Shown here: in pieces, positions 33,703-45,063 of the stretch
How the letters are laid out: each line of letters starts with the position of its first letter
Position numbering within the stretch: position 1 is the stretch's first letter
From: a cyanobacterium endosymbiont of Rhopalodia gibba
Lineage (GTDB): Bacteria; Cyanobacteriota; Cyanobacteriia; Cyanobacteriales; Microcystaceae
Direction of reading: 5' to 3'
NCBI GenBank assembly: GCA_045159875.1
Contig: CP067995.1
Location: forward strand, 2,560,001 to 2,624,000
DNA: 64,000 bases
Notes under the pieces: model-generated
What the model saw: only the letters and a program-made list of their open reading frames with translations
Told to the model about the DNA's origin: nothing
Databases searched by the model: none
Position numbers and translations under genes: made by a program

Positions 33703-33989
33703 CTATGGAATACCGGCGTTAGAACAAAACCAGAATAATACAAGCCCCTCAAATTTAACTAAAGCTAGTGATTACCAACATTTAAGAAATACTCCATTTT
33801 TTCTGAGATAATAGAATAGTTGAGGAAAAAGTCAATTTAGCTCAGCCCCGTATTTGGGGTAGCAAAATATTCCACAGCGATAGTCAAAAGATTAGCAACA
33901 ATCTTAATAACCTCTATTGACCAATTCTCAACGATGGTATCTGGGGCAATTGTCTGAGTAAATAAGAGTAAGTATGATAGCATAGACAT
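33703..33989 (-). pseudogene. psaK: Photosystem I subunit PsaK relic
   Basis: MSMLSYLLLFTQTIAPDT...IVANLLTIAVEYFATPNTG, then MLVITSFS*I*GACIILVL..NAGIP*; corresponds to the PsaK LATxSFGHILGAGxxLGLxNAGxL terminus; divergent from trpF. Confidence 0.75.
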
Positions 33990-34089
33990 TGTATAATTCC
34001 TAGGTTGATAAACTTTAATTAATAGTAGGGCTCATAGAAATCCCTTTGACAAAAAGTTTACTTCAGTTTGAATATTTAATAGTGGCAAA

Positions 34090-34731
34090 ATGAGAATCAA
34101 GATATGCGGCATCACCCAACTATCCCAGGGAAAAGCGATTGCTCAATTGGGGGCTACTATGTTGGGCTTTATCTGTGTTCACCGATCTCCTCGTTATATT
34201 AGTCCGTTTCAAATTCAAGCTATAGTTAAGGAACTGCCAATAACAGTTGGCTGTATTGGGGTTTTTGCTAATGCTAGTCTATTAGAAATAGAACAAGTTC
34301 TCAACCAAACAAAGTTAACTGGGATACAACTGCATGGGGATGAGTCGCCCCGGTTTTGTCGTCAGATTAAACAACGGTTTTCCCATCTTGAACTAATTAA
34401 AGCGTTTAGAATCAAAATTTCTCAGTCGTTACGAGCCATACCCGCTTATTTTGATGAAGTAGATACATTATTGTTAGATGCTTACCATCCTAATTTGTTA
34501 GGAGGAACTGGTCACACTTTGAATTGGGAAATTTTAGAACAATTTAACCCACCGCTTCCTTGGTTATTGGCAGGGGGATTAACCCCTGATAATATAGAGC
34601 AATCTCTAACACGGTTACATCCAACGGGAATTGATCTTTCTAGTGGTGTTGAGCAATCACCTGGTGATAAAAATTTAACAAAAGTGGCTGAGTTATTTGC
34701 GCTACTTCAAGATATTAATCTTTTAAAATAA
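34090..34731 (+). CDS. trpF: Phosphoribosylanthranilate isomerase
   Basis: MRIKICGIT, IQLHGDE, LLLDA, GGTG, LAGGLTPDN, IDLSSGVE. Confidence 0.97.
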   Translation: MRIKICGITQLSQGKAIAQLGATMLGFICVHRSPRYISPFQIQAIVKELPITVGCIGVFANASLLEIEQVLNQTKLTGIQLHGDESPRFCRQIKQRFSHLELIKAFRIKISQSLRAIPAYFDEVDTLLLDAYHPNLLGGTGHTLNWEILEQFNPPLPWLLAGGLTPDNIEQSLTRLHPTGIDLSSGVEQSPGDKNLTKVAELFALLQDINLLK

Positions 34732-35649
34732 AGTTTTATTAAACTTGTTATGTGAAAATAAAAGAATCAAGAAAATACTTCCATTGTTAATAATGGACTC
34801 ATTACAAGCCACTATTGCTATGCAGTATAGCCGGTATTATGCTATATTTTTTTTTAGTATAAAATCGTGCTACACTCAACTTAAGATTAGCTAATTTATC
34901 TCAAAATACTTATTAATTGTACCCGAAAAAAAAATTAAAATAATTAGACGTTGTAATTGATAATAAGTTAAAGTTAATTAAAATGAAAGTTTATGGAATC
35001 AGAAATTTTATTTATTTTAAATTTTTAAGTTTTTTAACTTGTCATTTTTCTACTTAGTTCTATATAGTTGATTCAGTATAATCGGTATCTGGGATAATAA
35101 CAGTATTTTTAAATATTATCAAATTTACGTTTATAAAAAAACCTAATAAATTACTACACAGATAATAATTTATTAGTTTTCTCTCAAAATTAACCCCATG
35201 TCTAATGGACTATGCAAAATATAATATTTTTTTTTATACATTTGGGAGTATTTTTATCAAAAGAGTAATTAAACTATTTAGAAACTTTAAGAAAAATGTT
35301 GCTATTAGTATGTATCTCAAATTTTATTCCTAATATTTCAATTTATACTATTTTTTATTGAGTTTTTTTACTAGTTATACTCAATTTTACTATTGTCTTT
35401 TTCAATTACTAATTTAAGAAATTTCAATACAATTTTTTTTTTAAATTACTTTTTTACTGTTAAAAATTAACTTTTTTACTAAAATTTCTGAATTTTTTTT
35501 ATGCTAGTAAGCAATTTTACTATAAGATTATTTTGCCTATTTTAGAAGTCTTAAAGAAAATAATTAATTTCTATTTTTAAAGATTTTTAAAAACCTGTAA
35601 TAATAATAAACATAAGTAACAAACTTAGATAGAGTATTTTCCAAAACTT

Positions 35650-36600
35650 TTCTTTATAAACTAATTATTTTTATGAAATGAATAGCAAATATTAGGGTAA
35701 AAAAAGTTGACTGAAGATGAGCATCAAAAAAACGAGAATATCATTCAAGTAATAGCAGTTTAGATTTAGATATTTTAAACCTAAAAAATTAATAAAAATA
35801 TTAGTCGTACTTAAAAATTAAGCTGTGCTCTATAGGTATTCTCACTAAAATTATAGAAACTAACAATAAGATCTAGTAAATTATTTCAACAACTAACGGA
35901 GCGTTTTTAAGTTAATTGTAGTTTTGTTAATTGTCTCCTTGGACTTCATGAAAGAATAAAAAGCATCAAACTATTCTATACTTAAATAACTCAAATTTTT
36001 ATATTTAGTTTTAATTGAAAAAATTGGAGTTGAGCCCACCATAACTCGTAACTTTCTCAGGGTAACTCAAGGAAACAGAGCTTATGGAAAATGTTCCAAT
36101 AATCAAAAAAAAATATTAGATTAATTTGAACTGTCGTTAAATCTATCATTTAAAAAGCTATTATAGCCAATAATTCAGTCTTTTAAGAAAAAAAAATGAA
36201 GTTAACTTCAGAAAAAATTTGTAAAAAAAATAGTATAAATGGAAAGTTAAAAGAGTAAATACAAGAACTATTGGCTATATAAAGAAGAAAAATAAACGAA
36301 AAATATACTTATCTTTTACTAATTTAGAGTACAAAATTAAATTTAATATGAGGAGAACAGTATTAAATAAAATTTAATTAAATTTCTGAATATTTATTTG
36401 AATATAAATATGATTTAGATAAGGTAGTTGAACGAAGTCCTTATCTAAGTAGTGAATCTAATTTAATATTAATTAAAGCAATTTTTAAAAAACTCTAATT
36501 GCCTAAATATAGAGATACAAAGTAATTGGCTTTTTAAAGCTTTATTCAGAACTACCTACTTACCAACTTAAAATAATTAGAACTAAAAGAATATCCAGTT
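35650..36600 (+). mobile_element. Highly decayed IS630-family relic (ISY100/Tc1-like)
   Basis: Fragment ..IGVEPTITRNFLRVTQGNRAYGKC at about 36020-36097 resembles the DExGxxxxxTRxxARxxxGxRA motif; YLP fragment near 36556. Confidence 0.5.
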
Positions 36601-36635
36601 TGGTCACTAGTCTATAAATCGTCAAAATTTCTAAT

Positions 36636-36670
36636 AATATCTTTTATAGATCTAATCTATAAGAGATATT
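36636..36670. repeat. Inverted repeat, 16-bp arms with 1 mismatch, 3-nt loop
   Basis: aatatcttttatagat-cta-atctataagagatatt. Confidence 0.85.
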
Positions 36671-36944
36671 ATTGAATTTTCATCAAGTAAATCCTCTACA
36701 TACATGAATTTTCCGGTTTTATAGCTATTCTCTTTATCTATAGTCTTCTTGAGTAGGAGTTTCTTCAGTTGGCTTTGTGATAAAATTTTGCTGAAAGACA
36801 ATCACTAGTAGGGTTGGCTCTAAAATAGTGGGATTACGTCAAGTTTTAGCAACAAACTTTTCGTTAAATCGGAGGAGTCTTCCTCTTCTCATTTTAGGGA
36901 TACTATTGATTGTTTAATTTAATTTAAGAACATAAGATTAGCTC

Positions 36945-38543
36945 TTACTTGCCACTACTACCTAATAAAAACAAATTCAACAACGTTCCGCTATTCCAAA
37001 GACTATGAACTAATATAGAAGACAGAAGATTGCGCGATCTCGCATAAACTACTCCCAAGACCATACCTAAAATCGTTAAAGGAAGTACTTCTGATAAATT
37101 TAAGTGAGCAAGAGCAAAAATAAAACTACTTATAGTAATAGCTGCCCAAACCGGAATATAACGGGTCAAAGACGATAACAAAAATCCTCGAAAAATAATC
37201 TCTTCATAAAAAGGAGCTACGAGAGAAGCAGTGAAGTAGAAAATAGCTAAAACTACTGTATCTTGGGCTTCCAATGCTAGAAATAATAAGGGATTACTCC
37301 CCCCTTGACCATTCCATATCTGTTGATTAATTAAAGAAATAATAATCACCAAAGGTAAAGCAACCAAGTATCCCCCAACTCCCCACACGAACCAATTACT
37401 TTTTATATCGAATCGAAACCAATCTTTTGGTAGGGGAAAATAGGATTTAATTGACCAGTAGAGTACAAAAATACCTGCTAAGGTCAGAGATAAGTAACTA
37501 GCTAATATGTAAAAAGCTTTTTGCCGTAAACTGAAGTCGGTAGGATTGAAGGGAAGAAAGTTAAATACAATAGGAAATATAATTTGTCCGAAAAAGAAAA
37601 ATCCCACAATTAAGACCTGCCAAATGGTTTCAGCATCCCAAGGAGTTTTCCAAGATAGTTTTTCACTAATATCTAAAATAGACCCATGTTTTTTAAGTAA
37701 CAACTGAGCCAATAAAAAGATAAGTAAACTAAATCCAATAATTCCTAATAATACTGGAATAATGCTGATCCAAGTTAATTTAATAATAGCTAGATTGGCT
37801 TTTTCTCTTTGCTGATTTTCTAATGAAATTAAGTCAGCTTGTCTATCTTGAAGTGTGTAAAGCCTTGTTAAGGCTTGATAACTGAACCACCCGTGTAGAT
37901 TATCCTGTATTTGCAATTCTGCATTAGATAATATTTTAGGATTCTCATTCCATAAGTTTATTAGAATATTAGCAACTGTTCCTGTTTTAGGATCTAAATC
38001 ATTTTTATTGCTAGTAATTAACATTGGTTTCCAACTTTCAATTGCTTTTGATATTTCTCCTTGTTTAATTTTTAAGATTCCCAATTCTAATTTTAGCTTG
38101 TTAATTATTTGTTTTTGACTATTGATATCAATTTTTAATTGCTCTTGATTGGCAGAATATCCTGAATTACTACTTAAAGTAATGGGAGTGTCTTTAACAT
38201 CTACAGAAACTGAACTACCAGTAGTGATTTTAAACTGATTTTCCAATCTATCCAAATTCTTTTGAGAAGTTTCAAGAGCAGTTTTATATTTGTTGGAAAT
38301 AATTTTGTAGGGGTTTTTCCCAATCAATAACTTTTCGACTTCAGCAAAATTAAAATTCGCTTTAGCCTGATCAATATTTGAATATTTCGACAAAAATTCT
38401 GAAGATTGCAAAATTAAATTGGTTTGATATAGCTCAAGATTAACTTGTACCTGGGGTTGGTTAATACTATTGATCAATGAAAATAATACAGGAATCAAAG
38501 AAATAATTGTTAAAACAGATAAGGTTAATCGCTTTACTAACAT
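36945..38543 (-). CDS. CPBP/Abi family intramembrane glutamic endopeptidase
   Basis: APFYEEIIFRG, FALAHL, HSLWN; GQGGSNPL cyanobacterial motif. Confidence 0.93.
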   Translation of the reverse strand: MLVKRLTLSVLTIISLIPVLFSLINSINQPQVQVNLELYQTNLILQSSEFLSKYSNIDQAKANFNFAEVEKLLIGKNPYKIISNKYKTALETSQKNLDRLENQFKITTGSSVSVDVKDTPITLSSNSGYSANQEQLKIDINSQKQIINKLKLELGILKIKQGEISKAIESWKPMLITSNKNDLDPKTGTVANILINLWNENPKILSNAELQIQDNLHGWFSYQALTRLYTLQDRQADLISLENQQREKANLAIIKLTWISIIPVLLGIIGFSLLIFLLAQLLLKKHGSILDISEKLSWKTPWDAETIWQVLIVGFFFFGQIIFPIVFNFLPFNPTDFSLRQKAFYILASYLSLTLAGIFVLYWSIKSYFPLPKDWFRFDIKSNWFVWGVGGYLVALPLVIIISLINQQIWNGQGGSNPLLFLALEAQDTVVLAIFYFTASLVAPFYEEIIFRGFLLSSLTRYIPVWAAITISSFIFALAHLNLSEVLPLTILGMVLGVVYARSRNLLSSILVHSLWNSGTLLNLFLLGSSGK

Positions 38544-38592
38544 AACTTTTACTTATTCTTATAACTAGTACTTTAATAAAAATCTTTTCTTA

Positions 38593-40164
38593 TTATCTAG
38601 ACTTTTTAATTAATATGAAGTCTTGAGCATTTCCTAAGATTTTATACTTATTTAAGTTTAATTTTTCTAAAGTTAACGGATCTAAAAGAAAATAGAACGA
38701 GATAGCTGCTGATTTTTTTAACTCTTCTAGATTTTGAGCAATCACTTGACGATCACTATAAAAATCTAAACTAGTACGACTATAAGCATAAGAGGTATAA
38801 ACTACTGTATTAGGAGGAGTATTTTTCTGAATTAGAGCAGCTACAGGTTTAACAGGAAATGATTCATTCAGTTCCCAAATCCATAAATCAGATATTACAA
38901 ACATGCCCAAACTCAAATATAATCCAACAAAAAGAGTGAAGATAAAGTTACAATTATTTTGTATAAAATTAACATAAGATAAAGCGAATGTAATTCCTAT
39001 TAAAATTGATAATGTGAGAAGTTGAAAATTATTAGTTTTTATACTGAAATAAACTCCCCCTAGTGAAGCTAAACTACCAACAAGTAGTAAAATCCCTAGA
39101 ATCTTGGGATAAAACTGATCATTATTTTGTACAATTTCAGCCAAATATGCCCCCACAGCTAAAGAAAAGAAAGGATATACAGGCAGAATATACCATGGTA
39201 ACTTAGTCCTCATCAAGGAGATAATTCCTATAAACAGGATAAACCCAATTAAAACTAATTTAGCCCAACTTTGCTGATATTTTTTAATCGCTAAAATTAA
39301 TCCTCCAGGCAAAAATGAAAACCAAGGAAAACTATATTTTACTAATTCAATTATATAATACCATACTGAGCCTTTATTTCCTTCAACTGCGGTAGATAAT
39401 CGATCAAAGTTTTGTTGTAAAAAGTGAACTTCAATGAAATTTTCTCCATACTCGATAATTTGAAGTGGGTACCACAAAATTACTGGAAAAAATCCTAAGA
39501 TAAATCCACCCCAAAATACAGGATTTTTAAAAAATTTTGAAAATTTATTGAAAATACAAAATATTCCCAAAATTCCACCCAAAGCAATAACTAAAGTTCC
39601 TTTAGTAAAAGCGATTAATCCCAGTCCAATTCCTACTCCGATTATCCAGAAATGCTGATAAAAAGACTGAAATAAACAGAAAATAGAGAAAAGAAAAAAA
39701 GTATTAATTGGTCCATCTAACATTGCTAGTCGTCCATGACGTACCATAGGTAATAATGTTAAATATACCAGTGTGCTGAAAATAGCTGGAAGACGACTAG
39801 GAAAAATATTTCTTCCTATTAAATATAATAAAGGAACACCACAAGCTGTCAAAAAAGCACAGGGAAAACGGGTTGTAAATTCACTGACCCCTCCAATTAA
39901 ATAGCTCATATTTATTAACCAAATAATCAGAGGAGGTTTAAGTAAAAAAGGTTCATTGTGATAGGTCATATATAACCAGTTACCACTTTTGTAAATATCC
40001 TTAGCAACGGTTCCATAATATCCTTCATCCCAATCTCGTAATGGTAAATTACCCAGTCCGATTAAATATAAAATAAGAGCCGATAATAACAAAAATATAA
40101 ACCAGGATATATCCTGGTTTATATTTTGAAAAAATTGCTTAAAATTAGGTATTTTAGAGATCAT
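38593..40164 (-). CDS. ArnT/PMT-like glycosyltransferase (GT-C fold)
   Basis: LRDWDEGYY, KPPL, TRFP.A, RLAMLDG, TKLPWYILP; multiple TM helices. Confidence 0.9.
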   Translation of the reverse strand: MISKIPNFKQFFQNINQDISWFIFLLLSALILYLIGLGNLPLRDWDEGYYGTVAKDIYKSGNWLYMTYHNEPFLLKPPLIIWLINMSYLIGGVSEFTTRFPCAFLTACGVPLLYLIGRNIFPSRLPAIFSTLVYLTLLPMVRHGRLAMLDGPINTFFLFSIFCLFQSFYQHFWIIGVGIGLGLIAFTKGTLVIALGGILGIFCIFNKFSKFFKNPVFWGGFILGFFPVILWYPLQIIEYGENFIEVHFLQQNFDRLSTAVEGNKGSVWYYIIELVKYSFPWFSFLPGGLILAIKKYQQSWAKLVLIGFILFIGIISLMRTKLPWYILPVYPFFSLAVGAYLAEIVQNNDQFYPKILGILLLVGSLASLGGVYFSIKTNNFQLLTLSILIGITFALSYVNFIQNNCNFIFTLFVGLYLSLGMFVISDLWIWELNESFPVKPVAALIQKNTPPNTVVYTSYAYSRTSLDFYSDRQVIAQNLEELKKSAAISFYFLLDPLTLEKLNLNKYKILGNAQDFILIKKSR

Positions 40165-40190
40165 TAGGTCTATCTTGTTTGTCTATTAGA

Positions 40191-41774
40191 TTAGATTTTT
40201 TGTTTAATCGAATAAAGATAATATTTTTCATTATAAATGAAAGCCTTTTTGAATTGAGCTAGGGAGATAATTTCAAGATCGCTTCTTATTGTTTTTAATT
40301 GTCGATTTAAAATTAAAATTATATTTTTTTTATTTTCACTGTTATTAATCAACTGATTGATTGTTGTTAATATTTCTTCATCATTGATTATTTTTCTCTG
40401 TTCATTAAATAAAACATAACTCCCTAATTTTTTGCTTTCTGGATAGTAAATTTTTTTATTTAAATAACCACTAATAGGAGCAATAGTAAAGTCTTCACTA
40501 CCGACGATTATCATTGATTCTAGATTATTTTTTTGTATAAAGTTAGCTGTAGCACGACTAGCGGAATAAGGAGTTAGTGAATCTCGACTAAACGCAACAA
40601 TGCCAGCAATCAACTGAAGATATAGAATAATCATCAAAAAATTGCCTTTATGATAGATTACAAATTTAAGCCAACTTGACGATAGTTTATAGAGTTTTTG
40701 AGGGAGGCAACGAAATAAATTAACCAGTGATTCAGAATTAAAACAATAATGTTCTATCCATAGGGAAGTAATTAGAATGATATATAAGTGTCCATAGTGT
40801 CTTTGAGAACCTAAAAATTTTAGATATGTAAAAGTTAAAAATTCTAGACTACTAACTAAATAAAAAAATAATGCGGTTGTTTTTTGGGCTAAAATCATCG
40901 ATACGAACCCTAACAAACCTAAAGATAAAACTGCAAAAATAGCCAAATCTAGAGGGTTACTATCGCTAGGGATTAAAACTAAAATATAGCTTCTCCATAT
41001 TCTTGTTAGTGACTGATTAAATCTAATCCAATCAAACTCAAAAAACCATTGACTTGCTCCTCCTTGTAGGGTACTGTCTGACGGAGGAAGTAGCATGATG
41101 ACAGCCAACACTATTCCTAAACTAAAAATTACAAAAGCAATAACAACATTTTGGATTCCTGGTTGAACTTTATGTTGGGAATAATTATGTGTCAAATGGT
41201 CAAAAACTAATGTCAAAGCTAAAGACACAGAAATCATCAAGCAATAAGCATTTGTATTAGCCATAAAAGCTAAAATCAAAGCTAGGGGAATATAATTTTT
41301 ACGGCGAGTCTCGAAATAAGTGCAGAAGCAAAAAATAGCTAGAATTCCTAAAGAATAATTCCGGCTAATCAGAGTATATTCATAAAAAGGTAAATATCCT
41401 AATGAAAATAACAACTTTTGCTGTTTGCTAAAAGGAGAATAGAAAACAAATAAAGTCAGACATCCGACAGCAATAAGCCAATGAAAAATCTGCATTGCTA
41501 GAGGATTAGGAGTTAATTGATTAAGTCCCCATAAACAGATATACCAAAGAATTGGATGTCCTTCATATTTGATATTAGAAAAAAAAATTTTCCAAGAAAC
41601 ACTATCCCTAGCAATTAACCATCCATTGATTTCATCACGCCACATAGCATGATTAAGAATACCAATTAAAGTAATGACAGCAAAGCTAATGACTAATAAT
41701 AGATTGAAGTAATTTTCTTTAATTAAATTTAAGTTAAGCCGAGAAAAGCATTCTTTTACAAGAGTCATACTCAA
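40191..41774 (-). CDS. Polytopic membrane protein, probable GT-C fold glycosyltransferase
   Basis: HAMWRDE, YEGHPILWY, YEY..ISRNY; many TM segments; adjacent to the ArnT-like gene. Confidence 0.75.
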   Translation of the reverse strand: MSMTLVKECFSRLNLNLIKENYFNLLLVISFAVITLIGILNHAMWRDEINGWLIARDSVSWKIFFSNIKYEGHPILWYICLWGLNQLTPNPLAMQIFHWLIAVGCLTLFVFYSPFSKQQKLLFSLGYLPFYEYTLISRNYSLGILAIFCFCTYFETRRKNYIPLALILAFMANTNAYCLMISVSLALTLVFDHLTHNYSQHKVQPGIQNVVIAFVIFSLGIVLAVIMLLPPSDSTLQGGASQWFFEFDWIRFNQSLTRIWRSYILVLIPSDSNPLDLAIFAVLSLGLLGFVSMILAQKTTALFFYLVSSLEFLTFTYLKFLGSQRHYGHLYIILITSLWIEHYCFNSESLVNLFRCLPQKLYKLSSSWLKFVIYHKGNFLMIILYLQLIAGIVAFSRDSLTPYSASRATANFIQKNNLESMIIVGSEDFTIAPISGYLNKKIYYPESKKLGSYVLFNEQRKIINDEEILTTINQLINNSENKKNIILILNRQLKTIRSDLEIISLAQFKKAFIYNEKYYLYSIKQKI

Positions 41775-41850
41775 ATCATAAAATTTAATTTAATCAGTCC
41801 CAGGAACCTGTAATCTAGAAACTGGTAATCCATAGAGAGGATAGAAGATA

Positions 41851-43197
41851 GTGGCTACTCGCGTTATTATAGTGCGTCATGGGCAAAGCAACTATAATGC
41901 TAAAAAGCTTATACAGGGTTGCAATAACGAATCAATTTTAACCGAAAAAGGTTGTCAAGATGCTCAAAAAGTCGGGAATAGCCTTAGTTTACTCCCCATT
42001 GATGCAATTTATTGCAGTCCCTTGCAACGGGCAAAAGCCACAGCTGAGATTATTCATAGTCGTTTGCCTTCTCGACCGAGTTTGTCTACTATCAATCAAT
42101 TGATGGACATAGACCTTCCTCTCTGGGAAAAGCAAAATAAACTTGAAGTAGCTAAAACGTTCAAGACTGAATATCAGTTTTGGAAAGAACGTCCCCACGA
42201 ATTTAAAATGGTTCTTTCTACATCTGAGGGAAAAAAAGAGCATTTTCCAGTTCTTGCTTTATATCAACAGGCTAAGAAATTTTGGCAAGAAATGATCCCT
42301 CAGCATCAGGGTAAAACTTTATTGATTGTTGCTCATAATGGTATCAATCGCTGTTTAATTATGAGTGCTATTGGAATGTCTCCAGAGCGTTATCACTCAA
42401 TTCAACAGTCTAATTGTTGCATCAATATCTTGAATTTTAGTGGTAATTGGGGGGAATCAGTGCAACTCGAATCCCTGAATCAAACTTCCCATTTAGGAAT
42501 TCCCATTCCTTCTACTCGTTCTGACAAGAATCATTTACGCTTTTTATTGGTTCGTCATGGAGAAACCGAATGGAATCGAGAATCGAGATTTCAAGGAGTT
42601 AAAGATATTTCACTCAACGAAAATGGTAAAAAACAAGCACAAAAAACTGCATATTTTCTCAAGGAAGTCTCCTTGAACTTTGCAGTTAGTAGTCCTATGT
42701 TACGTCCGAAAGAAACTGCTAAAATAATTCTTCAATACCATAAAGATGTTGAGTTAGAATTTAAACCCCAACTTCAAGAAATCTGTCATGGACTATGGGA
42801 AGGAAAATTAGAATCGGAAATTGAAGTAGATTTTCCAGGGTTATTAACTCAATGGAAAGACTCTCCAGAAACGGTACAAATGCCAGAGGGAGAAAATCTA
42901 CAACAAGTATGGGATCGAGCAATTATCTGTTGGAATCAAATGGTAGAGAATTACAGCAAATCTCCTGAATCTAAAACTGGTATTGTGGTTGCTCATGATG
43001 CTATTAATAAAGTAATTTTATGTTATTTGTTAGGGCTAAAAATCAGAGATTTCTGGAACATTAAACAAGGAAATGGTGGCGTTAGTGTGATTGACTATCC
43101 TCAAGGAATCAAGGGATTTCCTGTTTTACAAGCGATTAATTTAACCAGCCATTTAGGATCTGGAATTTTAGATCAAACAGTGGCTGGAGCATTGTAA
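41851..43197 (+). CDS. Tandem histidine phosphatase (PGAM-family) protein, probable phosphoserine phosphatase
   Basis: Two RHG motifs (VRHGQS, VRHGETEWN), SPL.RA..TA, VAHN/VAHD. Confidence 0.9.
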   Translation: MATRVIIVRHGQSNYNAKKLIQGCNNESILTEKGCQDAQKVGNSLSLLPIDAIYCSPLQRAKATAEIIHSRLPSRPSLSTINQLMDIDLPLWEKQNKLEVAKTFKTEYQFWKERPHEFKMVLSTSEGKKEHFPVLALYQQAKKFWQEMIPQHQGKTLLIVAHNGINRCLIMSAIGMSPERYHSIQQSNCCINILNFSGNWGESVQLESLNQTSHLGIPIPSTRSDKNHLRFLLVRHGETEWNRESRFQGVKDISLNENGKKQAQKTAYFLKEVSLNFAVSSPMLRPKETAKIILQYHKDVELEFKPQLQEICHGLWEGKLESEIEVDFPGLLTQWKDSPETVQMPEGENLQQVWDRAIICWNQMVENYSKSPESKTGIVVAHDAINKVILCYLLGLKIRDFWNIKQGNGGVSVIDYPQGIKGFPVLQAINLTSHLGSGILDQTVAGAL

Positions 43198-43865
43198 CTG
43201 ACGATTTTTATTCACGGCCTCATTTTTTTAAGGAGTGGGGCTTCGACTGTTGGTTAGCCCAAGAGTGAGAGAGCAATTTATGAAACTAGAAAACTGCCAA
43301 TTTTTAGAAAGAAGTCCACGAGCACTAACAAAAATTACGATCATTGGAAGATAAGCTAAAAATACTACCATTTAAGTGACCTAAAAAACTTAGAGAATAT
43401 AGGTAAAAATATAGAAATATTTTTCTATAGAAAATACTGAAATTAGTAGAGAATAATAAAGTGGTAAAACTTTCTAAGCTAATATTTATTATTTATTATT
43501 TTTATTAGATAATTTTGATTCAAATCGAATATTCATCAACACTTCTTTAATTTTCTAGTATCTCTAACACGTTAGATAATAGTTTTCTGGGAAAGAAGAG
43601 TAACTCATTTCTATTTCTTGATTTTTTAGACAAAAAATATACCCTGATAATCATGAGTATTTTTGATAAAAAATATTAAAAATAAACTCTAACTTAGAAT
43701 AAACAATTAGGAACATATGAAAAACTCTGATATTGACTCAGGATAAGCTAAATTTAAGGAGGTTATAATTACAGTGAAACAATTGCAAACTTAATAATAT
43801 TCAGGTATAAGTGAAACAATGGTTACAAGAAAACAGAATGTGGATTAGTACCATCAAGAGTCAAT

Positions 43866-44462
43866 ATGATAAGTCAAGTACAAACTATTTCAGGATCAGG
43901 GGTTCCCGTTGTGGGGGATGATATCGATACTGATCGTATTATTCCAGCACGATTTTTGCGTTGTGTCACTTTCGAAGGTTTAGGGGAGCAAATTTTTGCC
44001 GATGATCGTGCTCAACTTAGAGGAGAACATTTCTTTGATTTGCCCCAATATCAAGACGCTAAAATTCTTGTTGTAAACGCTAACTTTGGCTGTGGCTCAT
44101 CAAGAGAACATGCCCCGCAAGCAATCATTCGATGGGGAATTAAAGCCATTATTGGAGAAAGTTTCGCTGAGATCTTTTATGGCAATTGTATCGCCAATGG
44201 AATTCCTTGTGTGACAGCTAAACCAGAAGATATTAAGCAGTTACAAACCTTGATTCAAACCCATCCGCAACAAGAAATTACCCTTGATTTAACTAAAATG
44301 AAACTCAGCGCAGGAACGTGGATAACTCTAATCGAAATGGAAGAGGGTTCTCGGCAAATGCTTTTAGAAGGAACTTGGGACAGTTGTGGACAACTCGTCC
44401 AAAATATCGATAAGGTTCATAAAATCGCTAGCCAATTGCCTTATTTGTCCTGGAATTCTTAA
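43866..44462 (+). CDS. leuD: 3-isopropylmalate dehydratase small subunit
   Basis: DIDTDRIIPARFL, NFGCGSSREHAPQA, ESFAEIF. Confidence 0.97.
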   Translation: MISQVQTISGSGVPVVGDDIDTDRIIPARFLRCVTFEGLGEQIFADDRAQLRGEHFFDLPQYQDAKILVVNANFGCGSSREHAPQAIIRWGIKAIIGESFAEIFYGNCIANGIPCVTAKPEDIKQLQTLIQTHPQQEITLDLTKMKLSAGTWITLIEMEEGSRQMLLEGTWDSCGQLVQNIDKVHKIASQLPYLSWNS

Positions 44463-44559
44463 GTTGTTCCTAGTGAATAAATATCAATAAATCCTCTAAA
44501 TTTTTCTAGCTTACTTGATTAAATGAACACTCAGGAGTTTATCTGGTGGTAATAATTAG

Positions 44560-45000
44560 GACAGACAAAATTTTGATCGGTAAAATATGCACCGGGCAGA
44601 TGTTATTTATTTTTCTCTGAATAGAAGTTAATTTAGACTCTACTGTCTTAGATTACTTGGATGGGTTTAATCCATACACAGCTGAGTGGTGCCATATTGA
44701 TAGCAGCCAACTGAACTAAGATAGATCTCAGCTATGCTGAGTCTAGGTTGCTTCAATTTCGCAAATAAAATCATTGTCAATGCAAGTTTAATCCATGCCA
44801 ACTTCAAGTAAACTAACTTTAGGAATGATGATTGAAGAATTGCTAAGCTTAGTTAGGCAAAGTTGAAAGAGGTAGAACTCAGTCGTACCGATCTCGTAGA
44901 AGTAAATTTTAGCTGATGCTAACATAATTGATACTTCACCGAGAGAGGGGGGTTGGCACGGCACAAACAAACCTTCGTGATTAGAATCTTAACCACATTA
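44560..45000 (-). pseudogene. Possible pentapeptide-repeat protein relic
   Basis: Fragments LITKVCLCRAN, FAKLKQPRLSIAE and SNLRQ resemble degenerate A(N/D)Lxx repeats; broken frame. Confidence 0.35.
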
Positions 45001-45063
45001 GTTTTTCTGAAGCAATCATCCTTAACGGTAGTACTTGTCTAGACAAAAAAACAAAAATCAGTC

